From: Bugula neritina
Taxonomy: Eukaryota > Animalia > Bryozoa
Length of the DNA: 64,000 nucleotides
Direction of reading: 5' to 3'
Assembly (NCBI GenBank): GCA_964035545.1
Contig: OZ037765.1
Location: 9,682,698 to 9,746,697, forward strand
The position numbers were made by a program, and so were the translations under genes. The notes under the pieces are model-generated. The model did not search any database and was not told the origin of the DNA. It was given only the letters and a program-made list of their open reading frames with translations. This document shows positions 1 to 15,000 of the stretch, one piece after another. The first letter of the stretch is position 1. Each line of letters starts with the position of its first letter.

Positions 1-3000
1 CTAGCTCTTCTGCTGCTACAGGTGTATCAACTACCAGTTCCACTGTCAGTGGAAACGCTGCAGTTGTGGTTTCTACAGTTGCCGGGACTTCAGTGTCTGG
101 TAGCAATCTAGTTTCTAGTGCAAGTGTACCCCCAGCCGTCATGGCTGAGAGCACTAGTGCTTCTACCACCACCTCCACCATCACTTCCCGTACTACAAGC
201 ACCACATCTTCCTCTTCTCAGTTGACTCGGGCAGCGAGCACTGCTGCCTCTTCTCAATTCTCTACTGTGGTTGGCAGAGATTCTCCTCACATTACAACAT
301 CACAAGTGTCAGCTAGCTCTCCCCATCCCCAAACTGGTGGGCCAACAGTTGCCGATTCTCCTCATCTTAAGTCTAGTGCATCAGTAATTTCTGGGTCACC
401 TCACCCTCAAGTTGGTGGAGCCATGGTTCCTGGCTCACCTCATTTCAAACCTGGTGGACCAATGGTTCCAGGCTCACCTCACCCGCATTCAGCTGGGTCA
501 ATAGTTCCTGGCTCACCTCACCCTTATGCCAGCGTACCAATGGTTCCAGGCTCACCTCACCCACATTCAGCTGGGTCAATAGTTCCTGGCTCACCTCATC
601 CTTATGCCGGTGGGGCGATGGTTCCTGGTTCGCCTCATCCGTTAGCTGGCATACCCAGTTCTCCTCTTCGTCACTCTGGTGGACCAGTACCTGGCTCCCC
701 TCATCCCGGGGTGATAGTCTCAAATTCTCCACACACGGTTATTGGAGGACATCAAGCTATGCACGGAGGATCGCCGCATTCCAGTCTAATGTCTGGGTCT
801 CCCCACCAACAAATCTCTGCCCAATCTCCAGGTAATCTTTTATTTGATATAGGCAGGCTAAAATGTGATTATGTTTATAAAGTATAATTATTTTATTATA
901 AGCACTAAAATGTAAAATTTTCTAAACTGTGGGCATCTTTTTACGCTCGCTGACTTTTGGACAAGTAAATGATACATTTAAATACAGGTTTTACCTGAAA
1001 TGTGCAGTAATGAATGATATAGGTTTTCGCAGTTTGCTTATTCTGGTTATTGATGGAAGCTACTTTATTGCCTACAATTGGAGAATACAATATCTGAGTT
1101 TTATAAAGTCAATTTTTTTCTGCTACTCATTATAATTGTCTCAACTTAAATGGAAAAAATAGAATAAAAATGAGCGACTTTATTGCTGTATGCTTTTGAG
1201 TTTCTGGGCAATCCGTGGTACTGGCAAGTCTCCCGATGTTCACATATTCAAGTTTATTATGTTGACTTTTGAGTAACACCTTTGTATTTTTTCCTTTAGC
1301 TGGTGGATTGGAAGCTAGACCTTACCCATCACAGAGTGCTCTTGATCAGCCCCCAGTGTTTCAAAGGTCGCCATCTGTAGGTCGTATGTTAGGTGGTCCA
1401 CAGTATCCCGGAGGTACAAATTTACCACATTCATCTTTACCTGGCTCTGCAGCTATTCCTGCCTATCACCAACCTGCAGCAGCTTTTACAAATCAACACC
1501 ACCAATTGCACGCTCAACCTAGACCTTATTTTGGTATGTGTGTGCACACCTGTTGTGGCCAACAAGTGGTGCCTTAACAACTTTGGCTCTCTAATACTAC
1601 CTGTTTTCTGTGTGGCTTTAGTTAGTTATTTACTAAGGATAAAATGTAAATAATGTGGCCCCTGCCGCACCTAACTAGTTGTACAGACCGTAATATGTGG
1701 CACCATGCTGCACTAACCATATTGTGTTTGTATTATTTACTAACACCTTTCTTGTAGAGTTAGTGTTTTATGTTTTGCTTTACTCTCCTTGTACACTTAC
1801 TCATTCTAAGATGTAAGCAGCTATTAATTTGTGTAATCTTTCGAGTTGCCACGGTTCAATAATGATGTTATTAGCTATATATTATACTGCAAGAGGTTAC
1901 TTGAAAAATGTCAACAACTCCGCTGTTCCAGGAAGTAGAAATATTAGACATGTGCAAACATGCATATTGCTTTAGCGATCTTCCATGGATAAATGTCCGT
2001 TTACCATACATGCACTATAATAGGGTCATAAGTGTCCCATTCCTTCAATATAACTATTTTGAAGCATCATATATTACCACTTGTGCTCTTCATATCAGAC
2101 AATAATGGCTTCTTGTGACTCATATTCCATAAGCTTATTGTTTCCCGTTACATGAAAAATTTGTTGTGTCTGCCTTGTAGTATTTACTCTAACAAAAACC
2201 ACAGCTTCTTAAACATAGTTGTTGAAGAGTCAAAATTTAAACCTATTTTCAAAAAGTATTGCAGTTTCAGAGATAAGGATTTTTGTTAACACATGATTTT
2301 TTGATTAGACTTTAAGAATGCGTTTCTATTTTTAGATTTCAAAATTGTAAGTTAGTTATTTGACTGAAACAAGGCTAAAGGCAATGTCTTACATTTAACA
2401 TGTAATTAGAAATAGCTGGCACTACTAAAGCTGTTCGAATGATAAACTTCTGGTTTTTTATACTGGTTCAGTTTTTTATGTAATTTTCAGATAATAAATT
2501 GTTAATAGAACTGTGCTTCATAAAGTTTATTGCAACGTTTTATGCTGAACAGAATTGGTGTTGGATTTTCAGACTAACCTAGTTTAGCCTGTGTCGGGTT
2601 TTATTAAAGTATAGCTTAAATAAAACGTTTCTGTGTCTTTTGTTAGTAAATAAAAATATAGTTTTATTACTTTATAATCTGGAATATCGTCTGAAATGAG
2701 GAAAGTGGAGGTAGTCCTGAGAACTGTTTAGTATTGTTGATTATTGTCCAATTCATCTCTGGTGATGGTGTTGTGCAGGAAGTACTGGTAGCCATGGTGA
2801 TATGGGCTCACCTAGCTCTTTCAATAGAATGATGGACACGCGGGGTAGCAACCCTTTACAAGATTTGTTAGACGAGGAGAAAAGGCTGCAACAGTCGAAA
2901 CTAGATGGAGATGCTGGAAACCGAGCTACCACTTCTCTTCTTTCTGATCAAGACTTTGAAAAACTAAAAGCTGATGTAGTGAATGATCCTTGTGAGTATC

Positions 3001-6000
3001 ATACGAAGTTCTCATTCTGCTGCTCATTGGCAGATTTTCATGTGACATTTGAGAACGAGAAAAAACTTTATTTTAGGACGACCCACTAACTGCTATTTAA
3101 TTATTTAATGGTGTTGTCATATTTGAAACTTTATTAATGGCTTGAGTAAAAGCCCAGTGTATTGTTTGTCATGTTTTAACAACTCCATTCCGTCAAATAA
3201 GTTTCAGTGTACAGGGTTTTTGTTAGGAGTTGAACCTGGAGCTACTGTTTTGTAGACTAACACACCGCTCACTGTATCACAGCTACTCTCAGGTATTTTT
3301 CTTCATTACCTGTTCTATTGTTCGCAGGTGGTTCTGCAAATTTTCCCCAAACATCCCCTCGAGCTCGATTCGATACCCACCAGGTAATGTCTGAGGTGTG
3401 GCACTCACAGCCCAACATGAGCGGTGAGTTCCAGCCACCTCCTCCTCCACCTTACCCGGGTACAGGCAGGATGACACCAGGGATGCACATGAGAGCACCT
3501 TTCCTACCTGACCACAGGGCCTCTGTCATGTCACCTATGCCACCACAGAGTCCAGGTAAGCAGTAGTATTCAACGTTGAGCAATACCTAGAAGATTAGTA
3601 CACTGGTAGATCATGTGTAAATTTTGAGTAATGTTCGCGTTCATATCATTCTTTGTTAATAACATTTTTGCAGTATAAAATAATGTCCGTCATGTTTTTA
3701 GACAATGTTTCTAGTTGCTATGTTACATTCGTTTACTTTTTTCCTGATATTGTCCGGCTCTGTTGGCAACTTGCGTAGTAATTGCAGGACCAAGGATGCC
3801 AATGGGACATGGACCTGCAATGGCTGATATTAAAGAGGAAGATCTTAAATATAGAAACTGGCTGCACAACAGAGATATGGCTCTGCAAGAGCGACTTAGT
3901 CAAGCTGAAAATGATCTCACTAGCGCTAAAAAGAAAAAGAAAGCGTTAGGCAACAAGCAGAAAACGGTAAGCATAGAATTCATTGGCTGCTTTGATGATT
4001 ATGTTGGTATTATCAGCTTGTTGAATATTTCTAATGTAGTGTTTTTATTTACACATATTTTCTGCAGCTGAAGAAGAAAAATGAAGATTTGAGTGTGATA
4101 GATGCTCAACACCTGGAAAAAATAAACACATCTGATATTCCCATGTTTACCAAACATCTAGAAGCAATTAGAACTGAGCACAAAAACCATCAAAGATTGA
4201 TGCAGGAATATAATATGAAGAATCAGGTTGGTGACTTGAAAATTTTCTCCCCCCTAGTTCCATAAGCTAGATTGTAACTAGTTGTTTGCATTGTTTTTAA
4301 TGTATATTAAATGTTTTAATTTTCAACTCCATCTTGTAGGAGCGAATGATGCATTGGGGCGGTGGGCATATGCCCCGTCATCCTGGTTATCCTCCAATGA
4401 TGCACCAACGAATGAGAGGAATGTTTCCACAACCGAGGCACATGGATCCTCGGCAGATAGAATTTGGGAGAGTTCAGCAGCAACAGCGCATGCAGATGAT
4501 GCATGTGGGTGGTCCACCGCGCCCTGGTATGCATGGCATGCAACGACCACCATATCATGAGGTAAGTTTCATCCTTGCAAGTGCTTGGTGTAAGGATACG
4601 GAACAAAGTTCTATGGTGTTATTTGACATGCACTCGGCACTGTTGGTAACTTTTATGCCATGTTCACATGGCAATGAATGTGATTAATTAATAATGCTAA
4701 TCGTTCTCCGTGTTATGAAATGAATGCATTTGAAACATGTTGGAGGTTAAACAGTTGTGACATGTGGTACTTTTCAGGTGAATCTGGCTTTTTTTTCTTA
4801 TTGATGTATTTTATTTCAATACACGTTTTGTTGGTAATTTGTTAGGGATCTATGGACAATAAAGGCTTCATGGGCCCTCGATTTCCTGGTATGCCTCAGA
4901 TGATGCCTTTGAAAGCTGATGGTACAGAAATGTCCGAGGAAGAAAGCAAAAGGTTTATGATGCAGCATGCTGGATCCATGCAGAGGCCAGCTGGCATGAG
5001 GCCAGGTGGTATTCAAGAGTTTGGAGTCAGAATGCAGCAGCCGTCTCACATGCAACCTCGATTTCCTGGTAACTTATTTATTTGTGAGAGACATTCCGTT
5101 ACTAGCTGTGTGGTTGTGTTAATGAACTATTCAAGTGTAGTACATCCATGTTTATATTGGAGTGCTAGTGCAATGGGGTCTCAAATACAGCGTGAGCTAT
5201 GTAGTATATTGATAAATGCTCACAGGTGCACTTTGATGCATAAAATAATTTTTAAACTTTTGTGCAATGGTTGCTCATTTTAAAAATGTTAGGTTTGAAA
5301 TTCTTTCATTAAATTCTTGATTTTGATTTGTCATGGCCAAAAATAGCTTCTATTCCAGACTTGAACTTGTATAATTTTTTATACTTGTTTCTATGAATGT
5401 GTAGGCGACGTATCAAGAGTCAAGAGCAATGTACCTCCTGAAGGCCTTCAAAGGTCCAAGTCTGTGCCACAACCTAAATCTAAAGCTACACCCACCACCT
5501 CCGTTGGACCTGCTAAGCAGCTCAACAAAGGTAATAATCTAAAACATGTGTGTGCCATAATTGGTGACTCCGTCACTTTTGGGTATTTTTATTAAAGGGT
5601 TGCGGTAATATGCTCAACTCTCTCAGCATTTTTAAGTAATTCAAAAGCCAACTTTACTTCATGAAACTCAACAAAACTTACCAGCCAGGTGTATGTTCCT
5701 AGAAGCAGAGCCTGAAGAGATGCCCAAGAAAAAACGTCAAAGGCGTCGACGGGCCTCCTTGACTTTACTTGATGGTGAATAACTTGTTGTATCCTGCTTG
5801 TAGCCTTTATACGCACAGCTTGTGAACTAGTCCTTGAAATTAACCTTCATTAGTGCTAACTTCTTTAAAGTCATAACGTTTTCTAGTTTATATTTTGACC
5901 TCTAATACTGTCTTGCATTGTGTGCTTCGAGGTAACGAGTGTGCATAGTGTTTGTGGCAGCTGTCAGTTGTTGCAGATTATTTTGGTTCCTGAACTAACG

Positions 6001-9000
6001 TGTGGTTTGTTTCAGCTACTTCGTTTTTGCAATGATTTTTAGACATTACAGTGGTCATTTTCTTTTGCTTTTCCAGTTATGTTTGCTTGATTCATTTTGA
6101 CCTAGCTTTGGGAAAGTTTGCTACCAACTGAGAATTTGCATCATAATTTGTGATCTTGAATGTTCCCTGATAATAATTTGTAGTTACTATTGGACACATC
6201 ACAGCTTATAACTCATACCAAGTAAATGCTATTTTATACTGATAAATGATTACAATTTTTCAGAAGTAAAGCCTGATGAAGGACCTTCCCTTCATATGAC
6301 TGAGATTCCCGCATCATTTGCTGGCCAACATCTTGTATCCACACCTAAACCAATCGTCTCTGCCGTACCATTTTCTTCAGGTAACTTTCATCTTATGAAT
6401 GAATATTATGTTGCTTTTATAGGTTGTTGTGGTGAGATATTTAAGTTCCAAACTGTGAAATGTTATAACTTTAGCTGCTGCAAAAGACACAACGAGTCTT
6501 CAAGAGATTCCTAGTGATGCCATGACAAGCTTTGGAGGACAGTATCCTCTAAAAATAGTCAAGACAGAGCCATTATCTACATCTGAGACTACCCAGGGTA
6601 GTGCAACTACCACAGTCGTCTCTACTTTGAGTCTAATTTCTAGCAACGGTCAAGTTTTACCAACCTTATCTGATGCTACCATAGCAACCACTTCACCTGT
6701 GAAGACACCTGCGTTTCAAAATAGCGTTGCTTCCTCAACCAATTCTTCAACAGTTTCATCAATTAGCAAAACCACATCGGCAACTGTTGAACCTGCTACC
6801 ACTGCCATTGCAACTTCTATGGTTCTTTCTTCAGCTGCTGCGTCAGCAGCATCTTCTACTACTTCCTCTGGTAATACATCAGCATCTTCAGCTGCTGCTA
6901 CTACAGTGTCCTTAGCTACTACTACAGTACCTTCAGCTGCTAATACAGTGTCTTTGGCTGCTACTACAGTAACTTCAGTCACTACTACAGTGTTGTCAGG
7001 AAACGCAACAGTTGCGTCCTCCGCTACTACTACTGCTGTTGCGGTCTCTGCAGCTACTACCACACCATCTCCTGCTACCATTACACTTTCTTTAGCTTCT
7101 ACTACAGGCAGTGTTGCTGCTACTAGTGTGGATGGTACAACTCTCGAGCAAAGGTACTTCCTGTTTCTATTTGACCCTATTGGTTTTGTAGTTGTAATTA
7201 TTCATGAGTTTTGAGATTTTCAGCAATAAGTGGTGACAATTCTTGCTAATGTTTATTTGAAATATTGTTGAATAAATTGTCATAAGATTTTATTTAATGG
7301 TTTGAAAAATGCCATAGTTTGACCTTCACCTTCCTGAACATGTAGCCATACACTGAGCTCCGGAGACGTATAATCAGCTGGGCAGAGTTTTAGAAGTGTT
7401 TTTAAGTGCAAATAGTCTTGAGTTTTTTATAAAAATATATTTTACTAATAAACAATAACTCAGAAGTATGGGATGTTTGTAGCGTATAAAATATTGTGTA
7501 TATTGTAGTTGCTATCTGTGCCTATTGTCATGCTTGTTTGAATTTCATTGTGCAGGATGATTGAAACTATAGACTCAGTGGCTAAAGGTGCTGGTGAGAT
7601 GATCTGGAGAGAAGACCGAAATGCCTCGCGCAGGGAGGCGGAGCGAAGAGGGGCGGAGAGGAGAGAGGCGGAGAAAAGAGAAGCAGAGCGTCAAGCGCAA
7701 ATTTCTGCTTCTGCGACTTCAATCTCGTATCACCCGAGTTTGAGTGCTGCTGGCGTGCACACCCATATGACCTCTTCTAATGACGGTATTTTTAGTTAAT
7801 TTTTTAAGATGTTTTAGTTGATATTATGTTTACCAAATATCTAATTAGCAAACTCCCTATGTTGGTGTTGTAAGAGATTTAGTTACTCAGAGTTGGAGTT
7901 AAGACTAATAATCAATTTTTTTTCTCGCTTTTCACCGCCATATCCTGATCAAGTGGCGGTCTAATGCTCAACTATGTCAAATTGTATTTATTCGGTTAAA
8001 GCAATTTATTTTGTTGGTTTTCTGTTGTAATAATTGGGATTTTACAAAATTGATAGTAACGTATTACATATATTAACTTTGTGACAGCAGATAATAAAAT
8101 TCGAAATGCAAGTGTGAACCACACTGGCATTCTGACGTCTGCTATGACAACTTGTGGAGAACAAGCTATTTCCGTCACTGCCGTATCTACGCCTAGTAAC
8201 CAATACACTGCCCTAAAACCTCCTGAACTTAACAATGGTGCAGGTAGGTAGCTTTGACTGTCGCATCTCTTTGCATCTAAGTACTAACTTAAATAGTTTT
8301 AAATTGCAATTTATTCAAACAGAGTGTTTGCTTACTTAATAAACTAATCATGGCAATTTTCTTGTTTAGTTGGCAGTCAAAACTTAGAAATTATCAGTTT
8401 ACTATCAACACAGTGTGTCCTCCACCCCACCACTTTAATTGCTTGCATGCTCACCATAAATGTTGTGAAAGTTACTAATTACATCAATTTTTTTCATACT
8501 TCTTTTCTCTTACTTCTTTCTGCTTTGGTGTGTATTTGCAATATATAACTTGCTGTAATATTGCTTGAGTTACTAGTATGATGTGAATTAGTTAACAGTA
8601 GCATACATAATATTAAACTCGCTCTTACTATACCTGCTTTTCTTTCACCTGAATTGACGCGTAACTATTTTCTTTGATGCTAGACTAGTAGTGTTTAAGT
8701 CTAATGCTAGTCCATGTGCTTCCAAGCAGGCACTGATGTGCTCAGCTCAACTTCAGACTCTAACGCTCTGCTGAAGAGGCTCCTTGAGAATCCCAAAGCT
8801 CCAATGCAGTTACAAGGGGCTGATAACGCTAAGACCAAACTCGCTCATATCACTCCAGTGCAGCAGCGGAACATGGAGGCAGCGGCAGCACCACCATCTA
8901 CTTATGCTTTGCCACAGGCATACTCATCCTCACCATTATGTAACAATGTGGCAGCCCCATATTGCAGGCAGCAAGTTGTGCCATTCAACAATGAATCAGC

Positions 9001-12000
9001 ATTCGACCCATTTCCTTGGAACCCTCAACTCGGGATATCTGCAGATGCATGGGCTGCTCTCACTAAAAAAGATAAACAACATATTTATGGTGCGAGACAT
9101 GTGCATTGCTAGTGCTTAGTGTATAGTGCGTACTAGTATCAGATGTGTCTTGCAGCACTCTGTCTTTGTGTCAGATGTGTTATGTCGCCTGTAACAGCAT
9201 GCTCTGTCCATTGCTGTTTTAAAGTCAGCCTATTTTACTAAAACACCCAGTTTTCTTATTGCTATGTATTGTGACTACTAAACACCTGAATCTATACTAG
9301 GTTGTCAGACTTTGTTTTTTAAAGTTATTAGTAAAGTTTAAAAGTTTCTTCATGTTATAACGATGTTGTGATGCTAACTCAACTCCAAGCATGTGTGTAC
9401 TATTAACTTCTAGCTCGACACTGGTACTATTGGCAATCTCTTGCCATGTCTCAGTACCGTACATACTACATTTGTTATAGACCTGGTAATGTTTCTAACC
9501 TGTTCAAACTGTTTTTATTGTTCAGTATTTACGGTTCCTCACTTCATTGTATGGCTAGTTGTGTGTTTAGTGTTTAGTTTTCATATATTTTACATGTCAA
9601 CAAAATATAGATTGTGGTAAATTACCTGTACTTATAAATTAAATCATAAGCTAAAAGTTGGATATATTTTTAGTCAATATTCTATGCCATACGTTCTCTA
9701 CTAGTATTGACTACTTATTTCATAATGATTTTGTAGAGGCGAGGATGACCCCAGAAGGTCAGATAATAACCGACAATGGCACTATAATCAGCGTGCCCAA
9801 TTCATCCCGGCCAGTGTATCCTATGAATCCCATGCAAATGGGCTTGGGGCCGTCTGCTATGAAACCCGGACCTCTTCATGCTATGCAGAACATGAGATCT
9901 GCGCTCTCGGCTGAGGGAGGCATGTCTCCTCATCCTGTCATCCCAATCAATGCTCCAGTCAAAAAGAAGAAATCTACACAAATTGATAAAAAGAAAAGAA
10001 ACAAAGTAAGCAGAACCATGCCGACATCTTCACTAACACTAAGTAGTTATATTCTGTGTAGTGTGTATGTTTCTAATTATACTTTGCTTAAAACTGTTGC
10101 AGCCAAACACCCCGACTAGTGGCTTACCTCCGTCAATGTCCCTGCCCGGTGTCGGACAGCCGGGTCTACCTTCTGCCGGTTGCACCCCATCTGCGGCTCT
10201 GAGTGAACCCACTGCTCTGTATGAAGAAGCTAAACATAAGTTGTCATCTCAGCCACATTTGAACTTACAGGACCCTGTGCTGTCTGCTATCCCCTATACT
10301 TCACCAATGATGCCCACCAAACCTTTACGAGTTCCCAGTCAACGAGTGGTTGCAAAGCCAAAACGTAGGACTTTTGAGTTACATGTACTAAATAACTTGT
10401 TGACTAATATAAATTATTTAGTATTTCGTATTCGGTTATAGTCTTTCTAATAAAAGTCAATTTGTTTTGAATTTTCACTTACTGTCTTTAATCTGCTTCA
10501 TAATCTTGTTTCAGCACCCAAACTTGTTGGCAGTTATGGCAGAGCTTGTATTGAAGGGCGGTATGACTTGTATTCATACATGCCTTACACAAATATACCA
10601 GTGCCTTCTCATAAACTAGTGCCGGAAACAGATGCTTCAAGAAAAGGTGTGTTTACTTCACTACTTTTTTCCAGTAATATATTGTTGAGCATGTCAACAG
10701 GTACTTTTAGCAAAACTCTGCATGCCAGCTTATCTAGCAGACGAAAGGTGAGTATGGAAAATGAGCGTGGTAACCCTACGCTCAATCTTTGCACGTTTCA
10801 ACAAAAATGGAAGTTTCATTTGCAGGTCATTTAATCTCAAATTACCAACCTTTTGGAATATTCATATAACCGATGCCTAACCATTTCTACCAAGTCTAAA
10901 TCTATAAATATATATCTAAAATATATATATAGGCCCAAGGAGGTTTTTTGCTTGTGTCCATTCTATTTTAGGCATTGGAGGATAATTTTTAATTGAATAG
11001 TTCCACCTAAAGAGTGGAAAATCCATTTTTTCAGACATCGACTCTTCACTTTGTCAGGAGGAATGCAAGTTTTGTATATTTAACAGAACTGTGACTGGTA
11101 TATTGTTCTGGTGCTGATACAGCACTGTCAACTTGCTCTGTGAATACTGCAGTTAGACACTCACTGTACAGTAAACTGGGGATTTTATGTAATGACTAAC
11201 ATTTACTATCTTCATTTATATTAATTGTTGTTGTTGTTTATACTCAGGTTCCACACCGAAGCCAAGCAAAGCGGCTGACACATCTCTATCAGCCGACGTG
11301 TATGACATCAGCCGCTTTCAAAAGGTTATGACTAAGACACAAATCCGGGAGCTCTGCTTACCATCTCCACCCACACTATGTCCTCCTAAAAGTTCCTCTT
11401 TGTCGTAAGTATAACTAATATAATACACTCTGTTAGCTATTGCTGCCATATTTATGTTCTATTAGTGTTTAGACTGACATCTGATTTGTAATTCTTATAT
11501 ATATACTTTATATATGCATATGCATCTTACTTTACCCATGAAATGTATGAATCACCTGTTACGCCTGTTACAGCCTAAATGCAGAATCCATTATCAACCC
11601 GTCATCCCCTGCTGGTTTAGCCATGAAACCAATGATCAACATGAAATCTCACCGGGACATGGAATACCCCTTCCTCAAACCTATCAAGGAGACTGGCACA
11701 GCGGAAATGTCCAGTTCATACCAGGAGAGTAGGATGTCCCCAGAGTTGTCTGTCCAGCCCCAAGTGCCTGTCAAAAGTATGCTCCTTTAATCTTTATTAA
11801 ATCTGATTCGTGTGTCCAAACCTTCTGCCATTTCATAATCTTATCGTTTAACATCCTTTTCACTGGGATATTATTCAGTGTAATACATTAGAGAAATATA
11901 CCTCTCATCCTTAGTGAATGTACAATATTGTAGTGGATGACTATGCTGAAGATATACTTGCTAAAGTGAAAGAAGAGCCAATAGGAACACAGACAGCATA

Positions 12001-15000
12001 TGAAAAAGAAAATTCTGTAAGATGATTTGTTCAAACCTTTCCAATATAATATATAATATCCAATGAAATGTTTTCTATTACCAGTCTGCTATGATGGCAA
12101 ATTATTGATTGCTATCTTCTTGAACACAACAGTGGTATTTAAGAGTTGTCTTGCATATGATTTCAATTTTTTGGGAGTTGTCTTGTGTATTATTTCAAAG
12201 TTTAAGCAACTGTTTAGGTGAATGATGGTTCTTAACTGTTGTTTAATATAGCTGAAAAAACCTAAATTACTTAGTAATTTAATACTCGTTTGGTGCAGTG
12301 AAGTTTTTTCTCAAAGATACAAGGTTTATCTGAGATAAGTAGGTTCGAACTGTTTCTGAATTAAATTGAATTGAACAAATAATGTATAGGAGTTCTACTT
12401 TAAAATGACGTTAATTATTATAGACTAAAATTATTACATTGGTCAACTTGCAGCTCGTTTCAACCAATCAGGATGAGCTGAAGTCAACAGCTGTGGGAAT
12501 ACAGTCGAGTCTACAGTCAGCAATAAGGGAGTCGCCTAGCAACCAGGTGTCCGTCACTCTCACTGTCAGCAGTCAGACAGCGCACCAAATCCCCGACGTA
12601 CTCTCTCAACTTGCCGACCTGCTTCGAATGACGGCACCAATTTCCTACAAGATAGAACACCTCTCTGGTTTGTTAAGTGCATTATGTTTCAAGTTATCAA
12701 TACTTGAATATTTTTCGGTGAAAAAATTTTACTGGCAGTCTTCATGCTATTTTCTTGCTTCTTATTGTGTCTCCATTTATTATGACGTGTCCAATGCTCA
12801 CTGCTGAGAGATTTGCTCACACCTGTGTAGATGAAAACAAGGATATGCTGAAGCAGACCCACAGTGTGGGTGTCTGTAGTCACTGCCAGACGCTGTTACC
12901 CAGTGAGTACTACGTGGCCAAGAAGGAGAGAAGCGATACTAGTGACGTCAGCTCAGTCGTGAAGGAAGAGTTCTTGGACTTCTGTAACAATGACTGTGCT
13001 AATTCCTACTACTCGGCGTCTCAGCCCCACACCACCGAGGCAGCAAAGGTGCGCTGACTTTCAACATTTCACATTAGAGAGTATAGTTCCCTTTTACCGT
13101 ATCAATCAGTATTAGATTTGAGTACATCCCATATCAACTTGTAATTGTTCACTGCATAGTCTATTCAACTAACGTGTTGCATTGCCAAAAGCACCTAACT
13201 GTAACATCCACCCTTTTTTACAAGAGTTGTAACTTCTGCTTTCCTATTTAGAGACCGTATAATTATTTACAACTGAGGGTGAGTCTTGTGTTATTGTCTT
13301 CTCCCGTCTACAACGAGCTTTTTCTATCTCTTGCGTCTCTTTGCATGAGTTTTATGCAATTCCAAGCGGCATTTCCAACTTTGAATTGGCCAACTACACT
13401 GTACATTATATACTTGCAATAGTATTTCTACAGTTGGTCTGATCTTGCATGTACCATGTTTGCCGTTTTCTTAATACTATCCGTGGACACCCTCTGCTAT
13501 CCCCTCTGTTTACTAACAAAGCCGTGTTAATGAGATATGCTTTACAATGATCTGTGCGAAGTCAACATTTTACATCTCAGAACTTTAATTTTGTTTATTT
13601 CAAGGTTGAAAGTGGTGCAGGGGGTGAGCAAAGACCTGTCGCTGACAATAGACTACCAGTCAAACCTGTCAGCAAGAAATCAAAGAGACGAGCCAACGAA
13701 CCTCCTGTCAAGGTGAGTACTAGATAGTATTAATTATTCAGTTTGTATATATAACTCTCTAAACGCCATAGAGGTTCTTTTGTAGCTTAGCCCTACCACA
13801 AAATATGACATCTGCAGTTTGAAGCATTATTCTATCTATCTTCTGAAATTTGTGAAATTGAAACTTTTGTTGTTTATATTGAATTTAAATTAGATTACTT
13901 GAATAAACTTCTTAAATGTCTCTAAATGTTTTCTCAATTATTTCATGTTTTGAAGTTGAGTAAAAATGTTTAAACTAGCGGTTTTTGTTTTTAAAGCTTA
14001 TTCTATAAACACTTGATATAATTATTTGTATATTTTATTACCTGTATTATTTTCGTTTGTGGCATATTTATCAACTTTCGATAAATATTAATACTTTATT
14101 CAACTTTTGATTTTTTACTATTTTGATGTTTTATCAAGTGTTGTTATTTGGTGCCAAGTCTCAAATAGTCTGATTGTATTTCCTTTCTGGTTCCATCTTT
14201 AGGAGTTCAGGTTAATTTCTAGTCAATTATCTAGATAAAAAATTGAATTTCTCGAAACACCTATTCATTCGCGCCAACACAGTGGCTTTGAGCTATGTTC
14301 AAACTTCCTTGTCATCAATTATTGTCTGTCAAACAGCACTGCGTTTTTTACTATCAATTTTTCTGCACAGATTTGGCAAATAAATTCTCCAAAAACATTA
14401 AGTGTATGTATTGAAACTTTGAACCATTTACTCTGTTCTATTTCCTCTTTTCAATAATACTTCAGCCTAACAAAAAGTGGAGAGGCATCAGGTGGAGACA
14501 TTGGGACATAAAAGTCACTTTTGACCTCCACAAGTATGAAGCACCATCAGACGAAGACATCAAGGAGGTATGGATGATGCCAACTGAAACATTTTATCTT
14601 ATTTTATTTTTTCTGTTTAATGCACTTGTGTTGCACATTTTACCTTTTTGGTGAAATTCATATTTCAGATATGGAAGAAAGTTGGTCAGATAGTGAAGCC
14701 TAAGTCGTTAGAGCCAGATGCCCGTGTTTGCACTTTGTGTCATCAAACAGGCGATGGAGTAACCAGCGTGGCGTCGCGATTACTCAACCATGATGTAGAC
14801 AAATGGGTTCACTTGAATTGTGCTCTCTGGAGTACAGAGGTGTGATTTGGGCTCATTTATGTTTTTTTTTCAATACTCGGTGTTGGTTAAATTTTTTATG
14901 TTTTTTAGCATACACACAATGGAATGTATGTTGTGCATGTAGGTATATGAAACTCTCAACGGAGCATTGATAAATATTGACCTCTGTATAAAACGCGGTG

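Noticed and set aside
1541-1725. Short degenerate direct repeats (tgtggc...ctaac) in a KMT2C/D intron, and similar small duplications at 27600-27640 and 28115-28165
   Set aside because: Two or three imperfect copies without unique spacers; ordinary local duplications, not CRISPR-like or otherwise interpretable.
108-7081. Antisense and alternate-frame ORFs over KMT2C/D exons (e.g. 108-290, 445-732, 6716-7081)
   Set aside because: Shadow frames of repetitive Ser/Thr/Pro/Ala-rich coding sequence.
10675-10747. Possible micro-exon before the strong donor AAG|GTGAGT at 10748 in KMT2C/D
   Set aside because: The candidate acceptors I tested break the frame or hit a stop; direct 10647->11248 splicing is in frame.
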